Positions 20,065 to 31,765 of a stretch of DNA of 64,000 nucleotides are shown here, in pieces. Made by a program: the position numbers and the translations under genes. A model generated the notes under the pieces. That model saw only the letters and a program-made list of their open reading frames with translations. It made no database searches and was not told the DNA's origin. The DNA is taken from contig CAXXLX010000001.1 of assembly GCA_963665235.2 (NCBI GenBank), positions 160,001 through 224,000 on the forward strand. Direction: 5' to 3'. The stretch comes from Candidatus Poribacteria bacterium (lineage in GTDB: Bacteria; Poribacteria; WGA-4E; WGA-3G). Numbering within the stretch: position 1 is the stretch's first letter; each line of letters begins with the position of its first letter.

Positions 20065-21045
20065 ATGACATTAAAATGGGGTGTACTCGGTGCGGGGAGC
20101 GTTGCGCAGCGGCGTGCCATGCCCGCTATCCACAAGGCAACTGGGGCAGAGCTCCACGCGCTTTTCTCCCGCGATGCAACGCGTGCGAAACAATTAGCAA
20201 CGGAGCATAACGTTACGACAGCATATAGCAATATTGACGCACTTCTCAACGATTCAGCACTGGATGCAATTTACGTCTCTACCCCGGTGAACCTTCATTG
20301 TGAGCAGGTCATCGCTGCCGCAGAACGGGGCCTGCATGTCCTCTGTGACAAACCGATGGCACTCACACCCGAAGAATGCGAGCAGATGATTGCCGCATGC
20401 AACGCAAACGGCGTGCATCTACAAGTCTGCTTCCTCTTTCGGTTTCACTCCTGCTTTCAACAGATTAAGACGTGGGTGAACACCGGGCGTTTCGGTAAGA
20501 TAGTACACGGTCGGATGCCGTTCCTTAAAAAGTATTTGTTAGATGCAGATGAGTGGCGTGCGGACCCAGAGAAAGGTGGGGGCGGATGCTTGATGGATTT
20601 GGGCGCGCACAGTGTCGACCTGCTCCGTTACCTTATCGGTGAAGTTAAGGAGGTCAGCGCGTTTTGTGACAGCCCAATTCACAAGTATCGGGTTGAAGAA
20701 ACGGGCGGAATCTTGATGCGGTTTGAGAACGGCGCGCAAGCCTTCACAGACCTCAGCTTCTCTGTCGCACAGTGTGACATTGTGCTTGAACTCTACGGAA
20801 CAGAGGGGACCGTGTGGGTTTACAACGATAATGGGTGGCAGATTCAGACGCATTTCGACGGTGAAAAGCAGATAATTCCCTCCCAGTATGAAGACCTCTA
20901 TCAACATCAATTTGAGCATTTCGCCGAATGTGTAGAGACAGGCGAAGCACCGCTTGCCAGCGGTACAGATGGCTTAAGGACAAATGCAATTTTAGCCGCA
21001 GCGTACCGGTCTGCCCGGACAAAACAGGTTGTCCCATGTGCATAA
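20065..21045 (+). CDS. Gfo/Idh/MocA oxidoreductase
   Basis: GVLGAGSVA, CDKPMA, GGGCLMDLGAH. Confidence 0.9.
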   Translation: MTLKWGVLGAGSVAQRRAMPAIHKATGAELHALFSRDATRAKQLATEHNVTTAYSNIDALLNDSALDAIYVSTPVNLHCEQVIAAAERGLHVLCDKPMALTPEECEQMIAACNANGVHLQVCFLFRFHSCFQQIKTWVNTGRFGKIVHGRMPFLKKYLLDADEWRADPEKGGGGCLMDLGAHSVDLLRYLIGEVKEVSAFCDSPIHKYRVEETGGILMRFENGAQAFTDLSFSVAQCDIVLELYGTEGTVWVYNDNGWQIQTHFDGEKQIIPSQYEDLYQHQFEHFAECVETGEAPLASGTDGLRTNAILAAAYRSARTKQVVPCA

Positions 21046-21184
21046 TCGGAGGAAATCCGCGTAGTCGTTATGCAGTGTCAAAATGTCACGATTATAGCGA
21101 CTATTTTGCAAACCGTGTCAAAATGCCCCTGTTTTCACGCGGGCGAAATTCGCCTATTTGCGTTTGTATCGGTATTTCTGTGAT

Positions 21185-21200
21185 TGGCACACATCTTGCT
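21185..21200 (+). promoter_or_regulatory. sigma54 (-24/-12) promoter of groES-groEL
   Basis: TGGCAC-ACATC-TTGCT, perfect consensus and spacing; GTGTCAAAATG repeated at about 21075 and 21115. Confidence 0.75.
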
Positions 21201-21354
21201 ATAGGTTACAGTGTAATATATTCGTTTAGGTTTCGCGATGCAGCGAAACCTGTAATTTCATAAAAATTTGTAGGTGGCATGTCGTTTAGAAATAGTAAAA
21301 AACCGCCTATGAATTTTGCAATTTTGGTATAATCCATAGGAGGAAATGAGAGAT

Positions 21355-21645
21355 ATGGCACTTGTACCCCTTGGTGACCGAATCCTCGTTAAGCGTTCCG
21401 AAGAAGATGAACAGAAAACGAGTGGTGGGATTATCATTCCGGACACCGCCAAAGAAAAGCCCCAGGAGGGTGAGGTCGTTGCAGTTGGCAAAGGCCGCCT
21501 TTTGGAAAATGGTGACCGGCAGCCCGTTGATGTCGCAGTAGGCGATAAAGTGTTGTTTGCCAAATATGGTGGCACTGAAGTAACGTACGAGAGTATTGAA
21601 TATCTCATCTTGCGCGAAGATGACCTCTTAGCCAAGGTTAACTAA
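21355..21645 (+). CDS. groES: Co-chaperonin GroES (start 21346 or 21355)
   Basis: [22 protein letters not shown]. Confidence 0.97.
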   Translation: MALVPLGDRILVKRSEEDEQKTSGGIIIPDTAKEKPQEGEVVAVGKGRLLENGDRQPVDVAVGDKVLFAKYGGTEVTYESIEYLILREDDLLAKVN

Positions 21646-21653
21646 TTAAGTAA

Positions 21654-23291
<1,638 letters not shown>

Positions 23292-23300
23292 ACCTTGTGA

Positions 23301-23327
23301 TTCGGGCGGATGTTATGTCCGCTCGAA
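23301..23327 (+). terminator. Hairpin after groEL
   Basis: ttcgggcgga-tgttatg-tccgctcgaa. Confidence 0.5.
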
Positions 23328-23332
23328 CTCAT

Positions 23333-23460
23333 AAATTGGCGATTGGCAATTAGCAAATAGCAATTGGCAATTAGCAAGAAGGTTGTGATGCTAACCAGAC
23401 ATCTGAAGTGCATTAGACCCCAAGCCAACAGCCATAAGCCAATGGTTTCCAACAGCCAAT
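23333..23460. repeat. Heptamer-repeat module (TAGCAAT/TGGCGAT ... GGTTGTGATGCTAA)
   Basis: Recurs at about 49690-49810, 51112-51231, 51605-51725, 55735-55765, 57855-57935 and 61134-61190. Confidence 0.75.
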
Positions 23461-24753
23461 TCAGACCGTAAGATATTCCCGTAGGTACCTCAAAGTCTGC
23501 GCCACCGCGCCGAGGTTTTCCACAACCACCTGTTTTCCAATATCTCCAGCCGCTGTCCTTGCGGTTTCGTCCGCCACCCATTCGGTCAGTGCCGCCGCCA
23601 TCTGTTCCGGGGTCTGTACAACTTTCGCCGCATTTCGTTCCTGTAACAGCAACGCTTCAGATGCGTTCCGGATAGTCGGTCCGAAAAGCACAGGTATTCC
23701 CATCGCAGCGGGTTCCATAACATTGTGAACGCTTCCGTGAAAACTGCCTCCAACGAAAGCGATATCCGCTAACCGATACAGCTTCGCAAGAATGCCCACC
23801 GTGTCAACGATAATCACATCTATCTCCGCCAAATCCACATCTGTTTTGAGCCCTGAAAAGCAGCGGTACTCCCAGTTCTGTTGTTCCAACTTAGTGCGAA
23901 TTTCCGTTATCCGTTCCGGTGTCGGTTCATGCGGCACAAGAATCAACTGAGGTGTCAGTTCACGAACCTCCTGGCGAAGGATTTGAAACGTTTTCAGCAG
24001 CACCCGTTCATCCGCTGTGTATGTGCTGCCAGCGATAAGGATAGGATGTTTGAGCGTCTTATGTCCCGGAAAAAATTCAGCGTTCGGGTCAACATCGATA
24101 GCGCGTCTATAAACCTGTTCATAGCGTGGGTCGCCAGTGACAACAACCTGATGAGCTGGCGCGCCGAGGGATTGGAACCGCGTCGCATCCGCGTCCGAAA
24201 CGGCACAGTGCAATGTAATATACGGATGCACGCTTCTAAAAAAGGAGCGCGCGATTCCGCCGAGCCGTTTTGAACCCGCCTGCACCGTGCCTGCAACAAC
24301 AATGACAGGAATATCGTCTTTGGCAGCACACCAAACGAGGTTCGGCCAAATATCGTATCTGGAGAAAATTAGGCAGGTAGGGGCAATCAGATTTATCAAA
24401 CGTTGGACATTTCGCCGCGTATCAAACGGAAGATAAACAGCCGCATCAACGTGTAGATAGGTGTGGACATTCGGTGCAACCGAGGGTGAAAAGAAGGTTA
24501 GAACAATTCGGGTATCCGCGTAGATTGATTCAATTAGCGGTTTGACCTGTTCAAATTCGCCGACTGAGGCGAAATGAAACCACGCTGTTTTCTCAAGTTT
24601 TCGGGCGGCATGGAGTTGGTGTGTCAATTTTTCAAATACCTGTCTCCGTCCGGTAAGTCCCTCCCGAACTTTCTGATTGCAGCACCCTGCAAGGTGAAAA
24701 CCGAGGCGCAGGGCAGGAAGTATGAGCGTGTTATAGATAAGTTGCCAAAACAT
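23461..24753 (-). CDS. waaA: 3-deoxy-D-manno-octulosonic acid (Kdo) transferase
   Basis: WFHFASVGE, YLPFD, AGST, LVPHEP, FVGGSF, HNVMEPA. Confidence 0.9.
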   Translation of the reverse strand: MFWQLIYNTLILPALRLGFHLAGCCNQKVREGLTGRRQVFEKLTHQLHAARKLEKTAWFHFASVGEFEQVKPLIESIYADTRIVLTFFSPSVAPNVHTYLHVDAAVYLPFDTRRNVQRLINLIAPTCLIFSRYDIWPNLVWCAAKDDIPVIVVAGTVQAGSKRLGGIARSFFRSVHPYITLHCAVSDADATRFQSLGAPAHQVVVTGDPRYEQVYRRAIDVDPNAEFFPGHKTLKHPILIAGSTYTADERVLLKTFQILRQEVRELTPQLILVPHEPTPERITEIRTKLEQQNWEYRCFSGLKTDVDLAEIDVIIVDTVGILAKLYRLADIAFVGGSFHGSVHNVMEPAAMGIPVLFGPTIRNASEALLLQERNAAKVVQTPEQMAAALTEWVADETARTAAGDIGKQVVVENLGAVAQTLRYLREYLTV

Positions 24754-24852
24754 GGTGTTTTGTTGTGAAAGGGGATTATAGCGAATGACATGCAGAAGCG
24801 TGCCGAAGCGTAACCGCTCCGGCATTAATGCTTCCACGGCAAGGGATATAGG

Positions 24853-25179
24853 TTAAAGGGTGTCTAAAATTTTCTTTTTCAGTACGTCTTTGGACATCGC
24901 GCCGACAATTTGCCCCGCAACTTTACCATCTTTGAAGACGAGAAGCGTCGGGATACTCCGCACATTATACTGCATCGCAGTTTGACGGTTGTCATCCACG
25001 TTGAGCTTTCCGACCTTGAAAGTGTCTGAATTTTCAGCCGCGAGTTCCTCTAAGATAGGCGCAATCATTTTGCACGGACCGCACCATTCTGCCCAAAAGT
25101 CAACAACGACGGGGGTGTCTGACGTAAGCACCATCCCTTCAAACGTATCGTCGCTAATTTCAAATGTGTTTTCAGTCAT
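24853..25179 (-). CDS. trxA: Thioredoxin
   Basis: DFWAEWCGPCK. Confidence 0.96.
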   Translation of the reverse strand: MTENTFEISDDTFEGMVLTSDTPVVVDFWAEWCGPCKMIAPILEELAAENSDTFKVGKLNVDDNRQTAMQYNVRSIPTLLVFKDGKVAGQIVGAMSKDVLKKKILDTL

Positions 25180-25196
25180 TTTAACTCCTTAATAGT

Positions 25197-25763
25197 GTGA
25201 TAGCACCCAACGCCTAAAGGCGTGGGCTTCGGTTTCGTAGCAACTGCGGTTGACTCAAATTTGAGTGTTGCTGTCTTACTGTCGCTCCACCCGCACGCGA
25301 TTCCCTGTAGGTGAAAAATCCTACAGGCATATCAGGTGTAACACAGTCCTGTCTATCCCCACGTGCCTCGTTCAAAAACAGAATTCGGGCAAGCAGCCCG
25401 CTCTTCCGATGTTTTAAGAAAGTGGCAGCAATACAACGTGCGGACTTTCACCTATTCTAGCTGTGATACAAGCTTTCGCTCAATTACGCGTTAACTGCCA
25501 TTATACTTTTTAAGTGGTCTAACACTAACACTACACACCTTCTCACAGGTGGGGGATAGCACCTGCACTGAGTTTCTATTCAAAAAGGTGAGAATGCTAT
25601 CCAAAAGTGTCATTATAATTATACCACAGTTTTTGGTCAAAGGAGGGATATTTATGACACAAGGTCATCAATATTCCTCAAATTAATTTTCAGGGATTAC
25701 GCCCTTAGCGGGAAACCTATATCCCAAACCTAAAGGATTGGGAAACCTTACACCCGAATGCCC
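25197..25763 (-). mobile_element. Non-autonomous IS200/IS605-type element without tnpB, carrying an omegaRNA-like right end
   Basis: End hairpins cccaacgcctaaaggcgtggg and cccaaacctaaaggattggg; right end reads ...GGTGGAG..GTAAGAC..GAAGCCCACGCCTTTAGGCGTTGGGTGCTATCAC; TTAC precedes the putative left end; internal TTGACC-N17-TATAAT (25640-25612). Confidence 0.65.
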
Positions 25764-25841
25764 GTAAAATCTGCCGCTTGGACGAATCAATGCATTAACA
25801 TGATACCCTATTCTGAAATTAATGTCCATTATTTTTTTCGT

Positions 25842-25870
25842 TTGACAAAAAAAGTGAAACGTGATATATT
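25842..25870 (+). promoter_or_regulatory. sigma70-like promoter of the molybdoenzyme operon
   Basis: TTGACA-N17-TATATT. Confidence 0.55.
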
Positions 25871-25970
25871 ATATTTTGACTATATATGTTTTCCGAGCAC
25901 TATAAGTCTACTGTAGACTCATCACAGCCAGTTAATGGAATATTATAGGAGCAAAGAAAGGAGGGAACAC

Positions 25971-26606
25971 ATGTCAGATAAAGAGAAAAAACAGGGTACG
26001 AATATTTCACGTCGACGTTTCTTAAAAGGCGTAGGCACCGGTACCGTCGCTGCAACTGTCGCCCCTGCTGTTTTAATCGGAACAGAGGAGACAGCTGAAG
26101 CCCAACAAGAAGGGGCTATTACCAGCGCGACAATTCAATTGAATATCAACGAAAAGGTATATCAAGTTGAAGTCGAAACGCGCACCACGTTGTTGACAGT
26201 TTTACGAGACGGTATAGATACAAGCGGAAACAACGTCGATTTGACAGGTGCCAAACTTATCTGTGACAAAGGTGAGTGTGGCGGATGCACCGTCCTAATA
26301 GATGGTAAACCTGTCTATGCATGCATGATGCTTGCAATGGATGCACAAGGGAAGCAGATTACTACGGTGGAAGGTATCGCAAACGGCGACGCGCTGCACC
26401 CGGTGCAAGAAGCGTTCATCCAGCACGACGCAATGATGTGCGGTTTCTGTACCCCCGGTTTCATCGTTTCATCAGTGGCACTCTTGAACGAAAACAGAAA
26501 ACCGACACCGACAGAAATTAAGGAAGGTTTATCGGGCAATACCTGTCGTTGTGGGACGTATCCGTTTATATTTGATGCAGTCGAAACCGCATCACGGAAA
26601 ATGTAA
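25971..26606 (+). CDS. Xanthine dehydrogenase/aldehyde oxidoreductase family 2Fe-2S subunit with Tat signal (PaoA/YagT-like)
   Basis: SRRRFLK; CDKGECGGC; CGFC...CRC. Confidence 0.9.
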   Translation: MSDKEKKQGTNISRRRFLKGVGTGTVAATVAPAVLIGTEETAEAQQEGAITSATIQLNINEKVYQVEVETRTTLLTVLRDGIDTSGNNVDLTGAKLICDKGECGGCTVLIDGKPVYACMMLAMDAQGKQITTVEGIANGDALHPVQEAFIQHDAMMCGFCTPGFIVSSVALLNENRKPTPTEIKEGLSGNTCRCGTYPFIFDAVETASRKM

Positions 26607-26618
26607 GGAGGAAAAGCA

Positions 26619-28739
26619 ATGGCATCATGGGGAGAAGCAAGTCAAGCTCGCCTTATCGGCAAGCGGACCCCCCGTTTGTCGGGTAAGGATAAGGTCACAG
26701 GAAAAGCGAAGTATACCTTTGATATCAATCGACCGGGGATGCTTTATGGCCGCATTTTGCGGTCCGAAGTACCACATGCAACGGTTACAGCTATTGATGT
26801 GAGCCGTGCGGAGCAGCTACCCGGTGTCCAAGCGGTTATTACGCTAATCGCGGTTGGGAATAAGCTGCGCTATCAAGGGCAGGAAATTGCCGCCGTGGCA
26901 GCCGAAACCGATGACATCGCTAAAGATGCACTCCGCTTGATTTCTGTGGACCTGGAAGAATTACCTTTCGTCGCCACAGAGGCGGACGCAATGGCGGAAG
27001 GCGCGCCACAGATTCGGGACGACTGGACAGGAAACCGGAGCAATCCCGGTGTCAACGAACAAGGTGACGTGAAAGCCGGATTCGCTGAAGCCGCCGTTAC
27101 GGTAGAAGCGACCTATCATACCCCCGTTCAGACGCATGTCTGCTTGGAAACACATGGAAATGTCGTTGAATGGACAGACGAGCAGAATTTAACTGTTTGG
27201 GCATCTACGCAAGCCGTTTTTGGGGTGCGCAACGATTTCGCACGCCGCTTTGGACTGCCCGCAAATCAGGTCAGAGTTATAACGGAACATATGGGCGGCG
27301 GTTTTGGAAGTAAATTCGGGCCCGGAGTAGAAGGACATGCAGCAGCTGAATTGGCACGTATCACAGGAAAAGCCGTGAAGTTAATGCTGACCCGGAAGGC
27401 TGAACATCTTGTCGCTGGCAATAGACCTTCCATGACACAACATGTAAAGGCAGGGGCAACGCGAGATGGCCGGCTCATCGCCTATGAGATGCGCGGCTAC
27501 GGCACAGGGGGCATCTCCAGTGGTGCTGGATTCCAAGCACCCTATGTCTACCATGTGCCAAATAGACATACCGAACGTTTTAACGTCGCTGTCAATGCTG
27601 GCAACCAACGCGCAATGCGTGCACCGGGGCATCCGCAAGGGGCTTTCGCAATGGATTCATTGATGGATGAACTCGCGGAGAAATTGGGCATGAATCCGCT
27701 GGAGTTTCGGCGCATTAATGACCCGAGCGAGGTGCGTCAAGCGCAATATACGTTGGGCGCGCAGGAAATCGGGTGGCATCGCCGCAACACCGTTCCCGGT
27801 GCTGGCACAAACGTGAAAAAACGCGGTATGGGCGTTGGCAGTGGTCAATGGGGCGGCGGCGGTGGCGGCGGCACCCAGGCTCGTGTCACTATCAATGCGG
27901 ATGGCACCGTTGAAGCGGTCACAGGGACACAGGACATCGGCACAGGCATTCGCACCGCTATTGCAATTATCGTCGCAGAGGAGCTAGGGCTCGCGCCGCC
28001 CGATATTTCGGTAAAAATTGGAGATAGCGCGCCTGGCTTACCCTCCGGCGGGAGTGGTGGGAGCCAAACAACAGCATCCGTTGCACCGGTTATCAAAACA
28101 GCAACAGCAGCTGCAAAACAGAAATTGTTCGAACATGTCGCCCCCTTATTGCAGGCTCCTGTCGATGACCTGCGCGTCGGGACTGGCACTATCTATGTCG
28201 CCTCCGACCGCACTAAGACAATTACCTGGAAACAGGCAACCGGACAACTCGGTATGGAGAGCATTAGTGAAACCGGGACGTGGGATAGAGACCTCCGACA
28301 AGGCGGAGTCGCCGGCACACAATTCGCCGAAGTTGAGGTTGATACGGAAACCGGACATGTCAAAGTCCTTAAGATTGTCGCCGTTCAAGATTGTGGGCTG
28401 GCGATTAACCGCTTAACAACCGAAAGCCAGATTAATGGCGGGGTTATCATGGGATTAGGGCAAGCCCTCCTAGAGGAACGAATCATGGATGCCCAAACCG
28501 GACGCATGCTTAACGCTAACCTTGAGGATTATAAGGTGCCCGGGACCTTTGAGATGCCTGAAATCAAGTCAATCGTCTTCGATACACACCGCAAGGTTAC
28601 AGGAGTCGGTGAACCCCCATGTATCCCGACGCTCGGGGCTATCGCAAATGCGGTTTACAATGCAATTGGGGTCCGCATCCGAGAACTGCCGATAACGCCG
28701 GATAAAGTGCTCACCGCACTTGCCAAAAAGAAGGCGTAA
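26619..28739 (+). CDS. Molybdopterin-binding large subunit (PaoC/YagR-like)
   Basis: MGGGFGSK, MRAPG, QINGG, GVGEPP. Confidence 0.92.
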   Translation: MASWGEASQARLIGKRTPRLSGKDKVTGKAKYTFDINRPGMLYGRILRSEVPHATVTAIDVSRAEQLPGVQAVITLIAVGNKLRYQGQEIAAVAAETDDIAKDALRLISVDLEELPFVATEADAMAEGAPQIRDDWTGNRSNPGVNEQGDVKAGFAEAAVTVEATYHTPVQTHVCLETHGNVVEWTDEQNLTVWASTQAVFGVRNDFARRFGLPANQVRVITEHMGGGFGSKFGPGVEGHAAAELARITGKAVKLMLTRKAEHLVAGNRPSMTQHVKAGATRDGRLIAYEMRGYGTGGISSGAGFQAPYVYHVPNRHTERFNVAVNAGNQRAMRAPGHPQGAFAMDSLMDELAEKLGMNPLEFRRINDPSEVRQAQYTLGAQEIGWHRRNTVPGAGTNVKKRGMGVGSGQWGGGGGGGTQARVTINADGTVEAVTGTQDIGTGIRTAIAIIVAEELGLAPPDISVKIGDSAPGLPSGGSGGSQTTASVAPVIKTATAAAKQKLFEHVAPLLQAPVDDLRVGTGTIYVASDRTKTITWKQATGQLGMESISETGTWDRDLRQGGVAGTQFAEVEVDTETGHVKVLKIVAVQDCGLAINRLTTESQINGGVIMGLGQALLEERIMDAQTGRMLNANLEDYKVPGTFEMPEIKSIVFDTHRKVTGVGEPPCIPTLGAIANAVYNAIGVRIRELPITPDKVLTALAKKKA

Positions 28740-28751
28740 GGAGGAAGACAA

Positions 28752-29735
28752 ATGGAAAAATTTAGTTACGTCAACGCAACCAGCGTGAAACAGGTCACCT
28801 CCCTATTGCAAGAAAGCGGATGGGGAGAGGTGATGGTGGTAGCAGGCGGTACGGACCTGCTCAGTGAACTCAAAGAGTACATTGAAACCCCCAAGACCTT
28901 GATTAATCTCAAGACACTGCCGGATATGGATAGCATCTCTGTGGCAGCATCCGGGTTAAAAATCGGGGCATTAACCACCGTTGCTGATATCGCCCTGCAC
29001 CCCACAATTCAGGAATATTACACCGTGCTTGCCCAGGCGGCCGCCTCTGTCGCTACACCGCAGATTCGGAACGTCGGCACACTCGGCGGAAATCTCTGCC
29101 AACGGCCCCGGTGCTGGTACTACCGAGATGAGACTATCAACTGTCTCAAGAAGGGTGGAGATATCTGTTATGCTGTTGACGGTTCGAACAAATACCACGC
29201 TATCCTCGGTGGTAATCCGGTTTATATTGTGCATCCTTCGGATATCGCTCCGGCTTTGATTGCGCTGGGCGCGTCGCTCACAATTGTCGGGCCGCAGGGC
29301 AAAAGAACAATTCCGGTTGAGGAATTTTTTACCCTACCGGCGACAAACCCGTTTCGGGAAAATGTGCTTGAACCGAACGAAATCGTGGTTGAAGTCCACG
29401 TGCCGCGCCCCAAACCGAATACGAAGAGCTTTTATCTAAAAGCACGCGAAAAAGGCGCGCCTGACTTCGCATTAGCAAGCGTCGCTGGTGTCTTTGAGAT
29501 GACAGGACAGACGTGTCAAAATGCCAATATCGTCCTCGGCGGCGTGGCACCAGCACCCTGGCGTTCCACAGAAGCGGAAGCCGCACTTACTGGCAAAAGG
29601 ATTGATGAATCGAACAGCAGACAAGCTGGGGCGGACGCTGTTAAAAACGCACAACCCTTGAACGATAACGCATATAAGGTGACCTTAACCCAGAATCTTA
29701 TCAGCCGTGCCGCAATGATGGCAGCAAGCAAATAG
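28752..29735 (+). CDS. FAD-binding subunit (PaoB/YagS-like, with Cys insert)
   Basis: AGGTDL, QIRNVGTLGGNLCQRPRCWYYR. Confidence 0.92.
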   Translation: MEKFSYVNATSVKQVTSLLQESGWGEVMVVAGGTDLLSELKEYIETPKTLINLKTLPDMDSISVAASGLKIGALTTVADIALHPTIQEYYTVLAQAAASVATPQIRNVGTLGGNLCQRPRCWYYRDETINCLKKGGDICYAVDGSNKYHAILGGNPVYIVHPSDIAPALIALGASLTIVGPQGKRTIPVEEFFTLPATNPFRENVLEPNEIVVEVHVPRPKPNTKSFYLKAREKGAPDFALASVAGVFEMTGQTCQNANIVLGGVAPAPWRSTEAEAALTGKRIDESNSRQAGADAVKNAQPLNDNAYKVTLTQNLISRAAMMAASK

Positions 29736-29746
29736 GAGGCAGAATA

Positions 29747-29986
29747 ATGTTAGCGGAAAAAACACTTCCAATTTTTAACCGCCCAATATGCCAAGACCTC
29801 CGGACGAAGGCAATTTATATCCCCGGAGGCAACTTGCAGAACCTTGTCGAAAACAATCCAGGAACACATTACTGGTGCAATTGCACGATGCAAGTTGTCG
29901 GGCCGGACGACCAATTTGTGTCACCGGATGCTTGTAAGCAAGCACGTTCCTGTTTTAGTCCTATTGGCGGAAAGCCGGTGGTATAA
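29747..29986 (+). CDS. Small Cys-rich hypothetical protein, co-operonic
   Basis: RBS aggagg, 11 nt after the upstream stop; CxxLRTK, YWCNCT, C-x5-CF. Confidence 0.65.
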   Translation: MLAEKTLPIFNRPICQDLRTKAIYIPGGNLQNLVENNPGTHYWCNCTMQVVGPDDQFVSPDACKQARSCFSPIGGKPVV

Positions 29987-30071
29987 AAAATCACGCGAAG
30001 GAAAACGATGGCAGGGCACAGTCCTATATAGTGCTGTCCCTGCCATGTTTCCCGCCTTTGGAATTGTGCCA

Positions 30072-30527
30072 ATGTTTCTCAAACCCTTGATGCAATGGCT
30101 GCATATCGGTTCCGTTGTCCTAATAATAGGCGGTTTTTTTTTCTTTCGCGTTGTGCTCATCCCGCTTGCGAACCGTTTTCCCGATGCCGATACCCTGATA
30201 TCGTCTGCGCTAAAACGTTTCAGCGGCGTTGTGTGGTGTACGTTATTAACCGTGCTGATATCGGGATTGTACAACGTTATCACCTTCTTTCGTGCAGCCC
30301 GTGCATCTGTGGCGGCACCTATCGTATCGGATTATTCGCTGTATATCCTGATTTTAGGCATTAAATTTTTTATCGTCTTTCTAATATTTACCCTAGCCAT
30401 TATCCTCACGCTTCCCTATCCCGTTTTCGACGTGTTTCAAAAAAAACCTTCCCGGTGGTTGAACATCATCGTAGTTTTAGGGTTAATAGTTATCTTTCTA
30501 TCCGCTTTTTTACGGCGGATGGGGTAA
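30072..30527 (+). CDS. CopD-like 4-TM membrane protein
   Basis: WLHIGS...GG, RFS, SGLYN, LGIKF pattern. Confidence 0.6.
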   Translation: MFLKPLMQWLHIGSVVLIIGGFFFFRVVLIPLANRFPDADTLISSALKRFSGVVWCTLLTVLISGLYNVITFFRAARASVAAPIVSDYSLYILILGIKFFIVFLIFTLAIILTLPYPVFDVFQKKPSRWLNIIVVLGLIVIFLSAFLRRMG

Positions 30528-30643
30528 ATTCTTGCTTGACAAAAAACACTTCTGCTGCTAAAATAATTTTAGATATTGAAGGCCGCGCTCACGTTTTAGC
30601 ACGCGTAAGCGATAGGGACACCTGATACGAAAGGGAGAAAATC

Positions 30644-31576
30644 ATGAATACTATTGACGATTTCACGCTCAAAAAAAGGAAGTATATGCCAACCTTTCCA
30701 AGAGCTATAGGAAAACCAACCGTCTATATAGATGGCTACCCTTATGAGGACGATGAACCCATGCCCGCTGGTGAACATCAAGGATTACAAGTCAACATAC
30801 TCTTCGATTCACTTAATAGATATTACGAAGATGAGCCTGATGTCCATCCCGGTGTGGACTGCTTCGTATACCATAGAGACGAGAATGGAGTGGAGCGGTG
30901 CTTATCTCCCGACATCTTCATTGCTTTCGGTGTTAAGAAAATGCCGCCCCGCTATAGTTTTTATACCTGGGCGGAGGGCGCGTCCCCTACCGTTGTGTTT
31001 GAGTTCCTCTCAGCCTCAACAGCAGACCGGGACCGTCAGGAGAAACGAGACATCTATTTGAAGACGATGGGCGTTCAAGAATACTTTATACATCAACCAG
31101 ATCCGACCAAACCTGCGGAGTTTCGCGGGTGGAGACGCACGGGTTCAGGCGGAATAGAGGAACTTCCGCCGGGCGCGAACGGTGGGTTGTTCAGTGAGGC
31201 TCTCAATCTGCTATTCCGGTGGGAGGAACGTTCTGATGGTCTCAGACTGTTACGCGCCTATTTGCCGGATGGAACTCCGCTAACGACTTCAGCGGAGGAG
31301 GCACGTCTCAGGAAGCAAGCGGAGGTGATAGCTACGGAGAATGCCGAAATGGCAGCCGAAGAGGCACAACGCAGACGAATTTCCGAAGCAATGGCAGCGG
31401 AGGCAACCGCAGCAGCAGCAACGGAAGCACAACGCAGACAGGAAGCCGAAGCAAACGCAGCAGCAGAAGCACAACGCAGACAGGAAGCCGAAGCAAACGC
31501 AGCAGCAGAAGCACAACGCAGACAGGAACTAGAGACTGAACTAGAAAGACTCCGCTCACAAATAGATGACGCGTAA
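30644..31576 (+). CDS. Uma2-family PD-(D/E)xK putative endonuclease with coiled-coil tail
   Basis: SPDIF, VFEFLS.ST...D..EK..IY..MGVQEYF; 42-bp tandem repeats (EAQRRQEAEANAAA); promoter TTGACA-N17-TAAAAT at 30536-30564. Confidence 0.85.
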   Translation: MNTIDDFTLKKRKYMPTFPRAIGKPTVYIDGYPYEDDEPMPAGEHQGLQVNILFDSLNRYYEDEPDVHPGVDCFVYHRDENGVERCLSPDIFIAFGVKKMPPRYSFYTWAEGASPTVVFEFLSASTADRDRQEKRDIYLKTMGVQEYFIHQPDPTKPAEFRGWRRTGSGGIEELPPGANGGLFSEALNLLFRWEERSDGLRLLRAYLPDGTPLTTSAEEARLRKQAEVIATENAEMAAEEAQRRRISEAMAAEATAAAATEAQRRQEAEANAAAEAQRRQEAEANAAAEAQRRQELETELERLRSQIDDA

Positions 31577-31765
31577 AACCGCCGCATAGTTCCACACCCT
31601 TGGGTGTCACTTCGTTCAACCTATGCGCGCGGGATTTTCCCGCCCGCTTTGATAGATAACCCTGCACTGCTATCTATTAGCAAGCAGTGTTGCAAACTAT
31701 GCAGTTACAGACGAAAATGATAGTTTTGTCTACGAATGTATAGGTTAAATTTATTGAGAAAAAAG

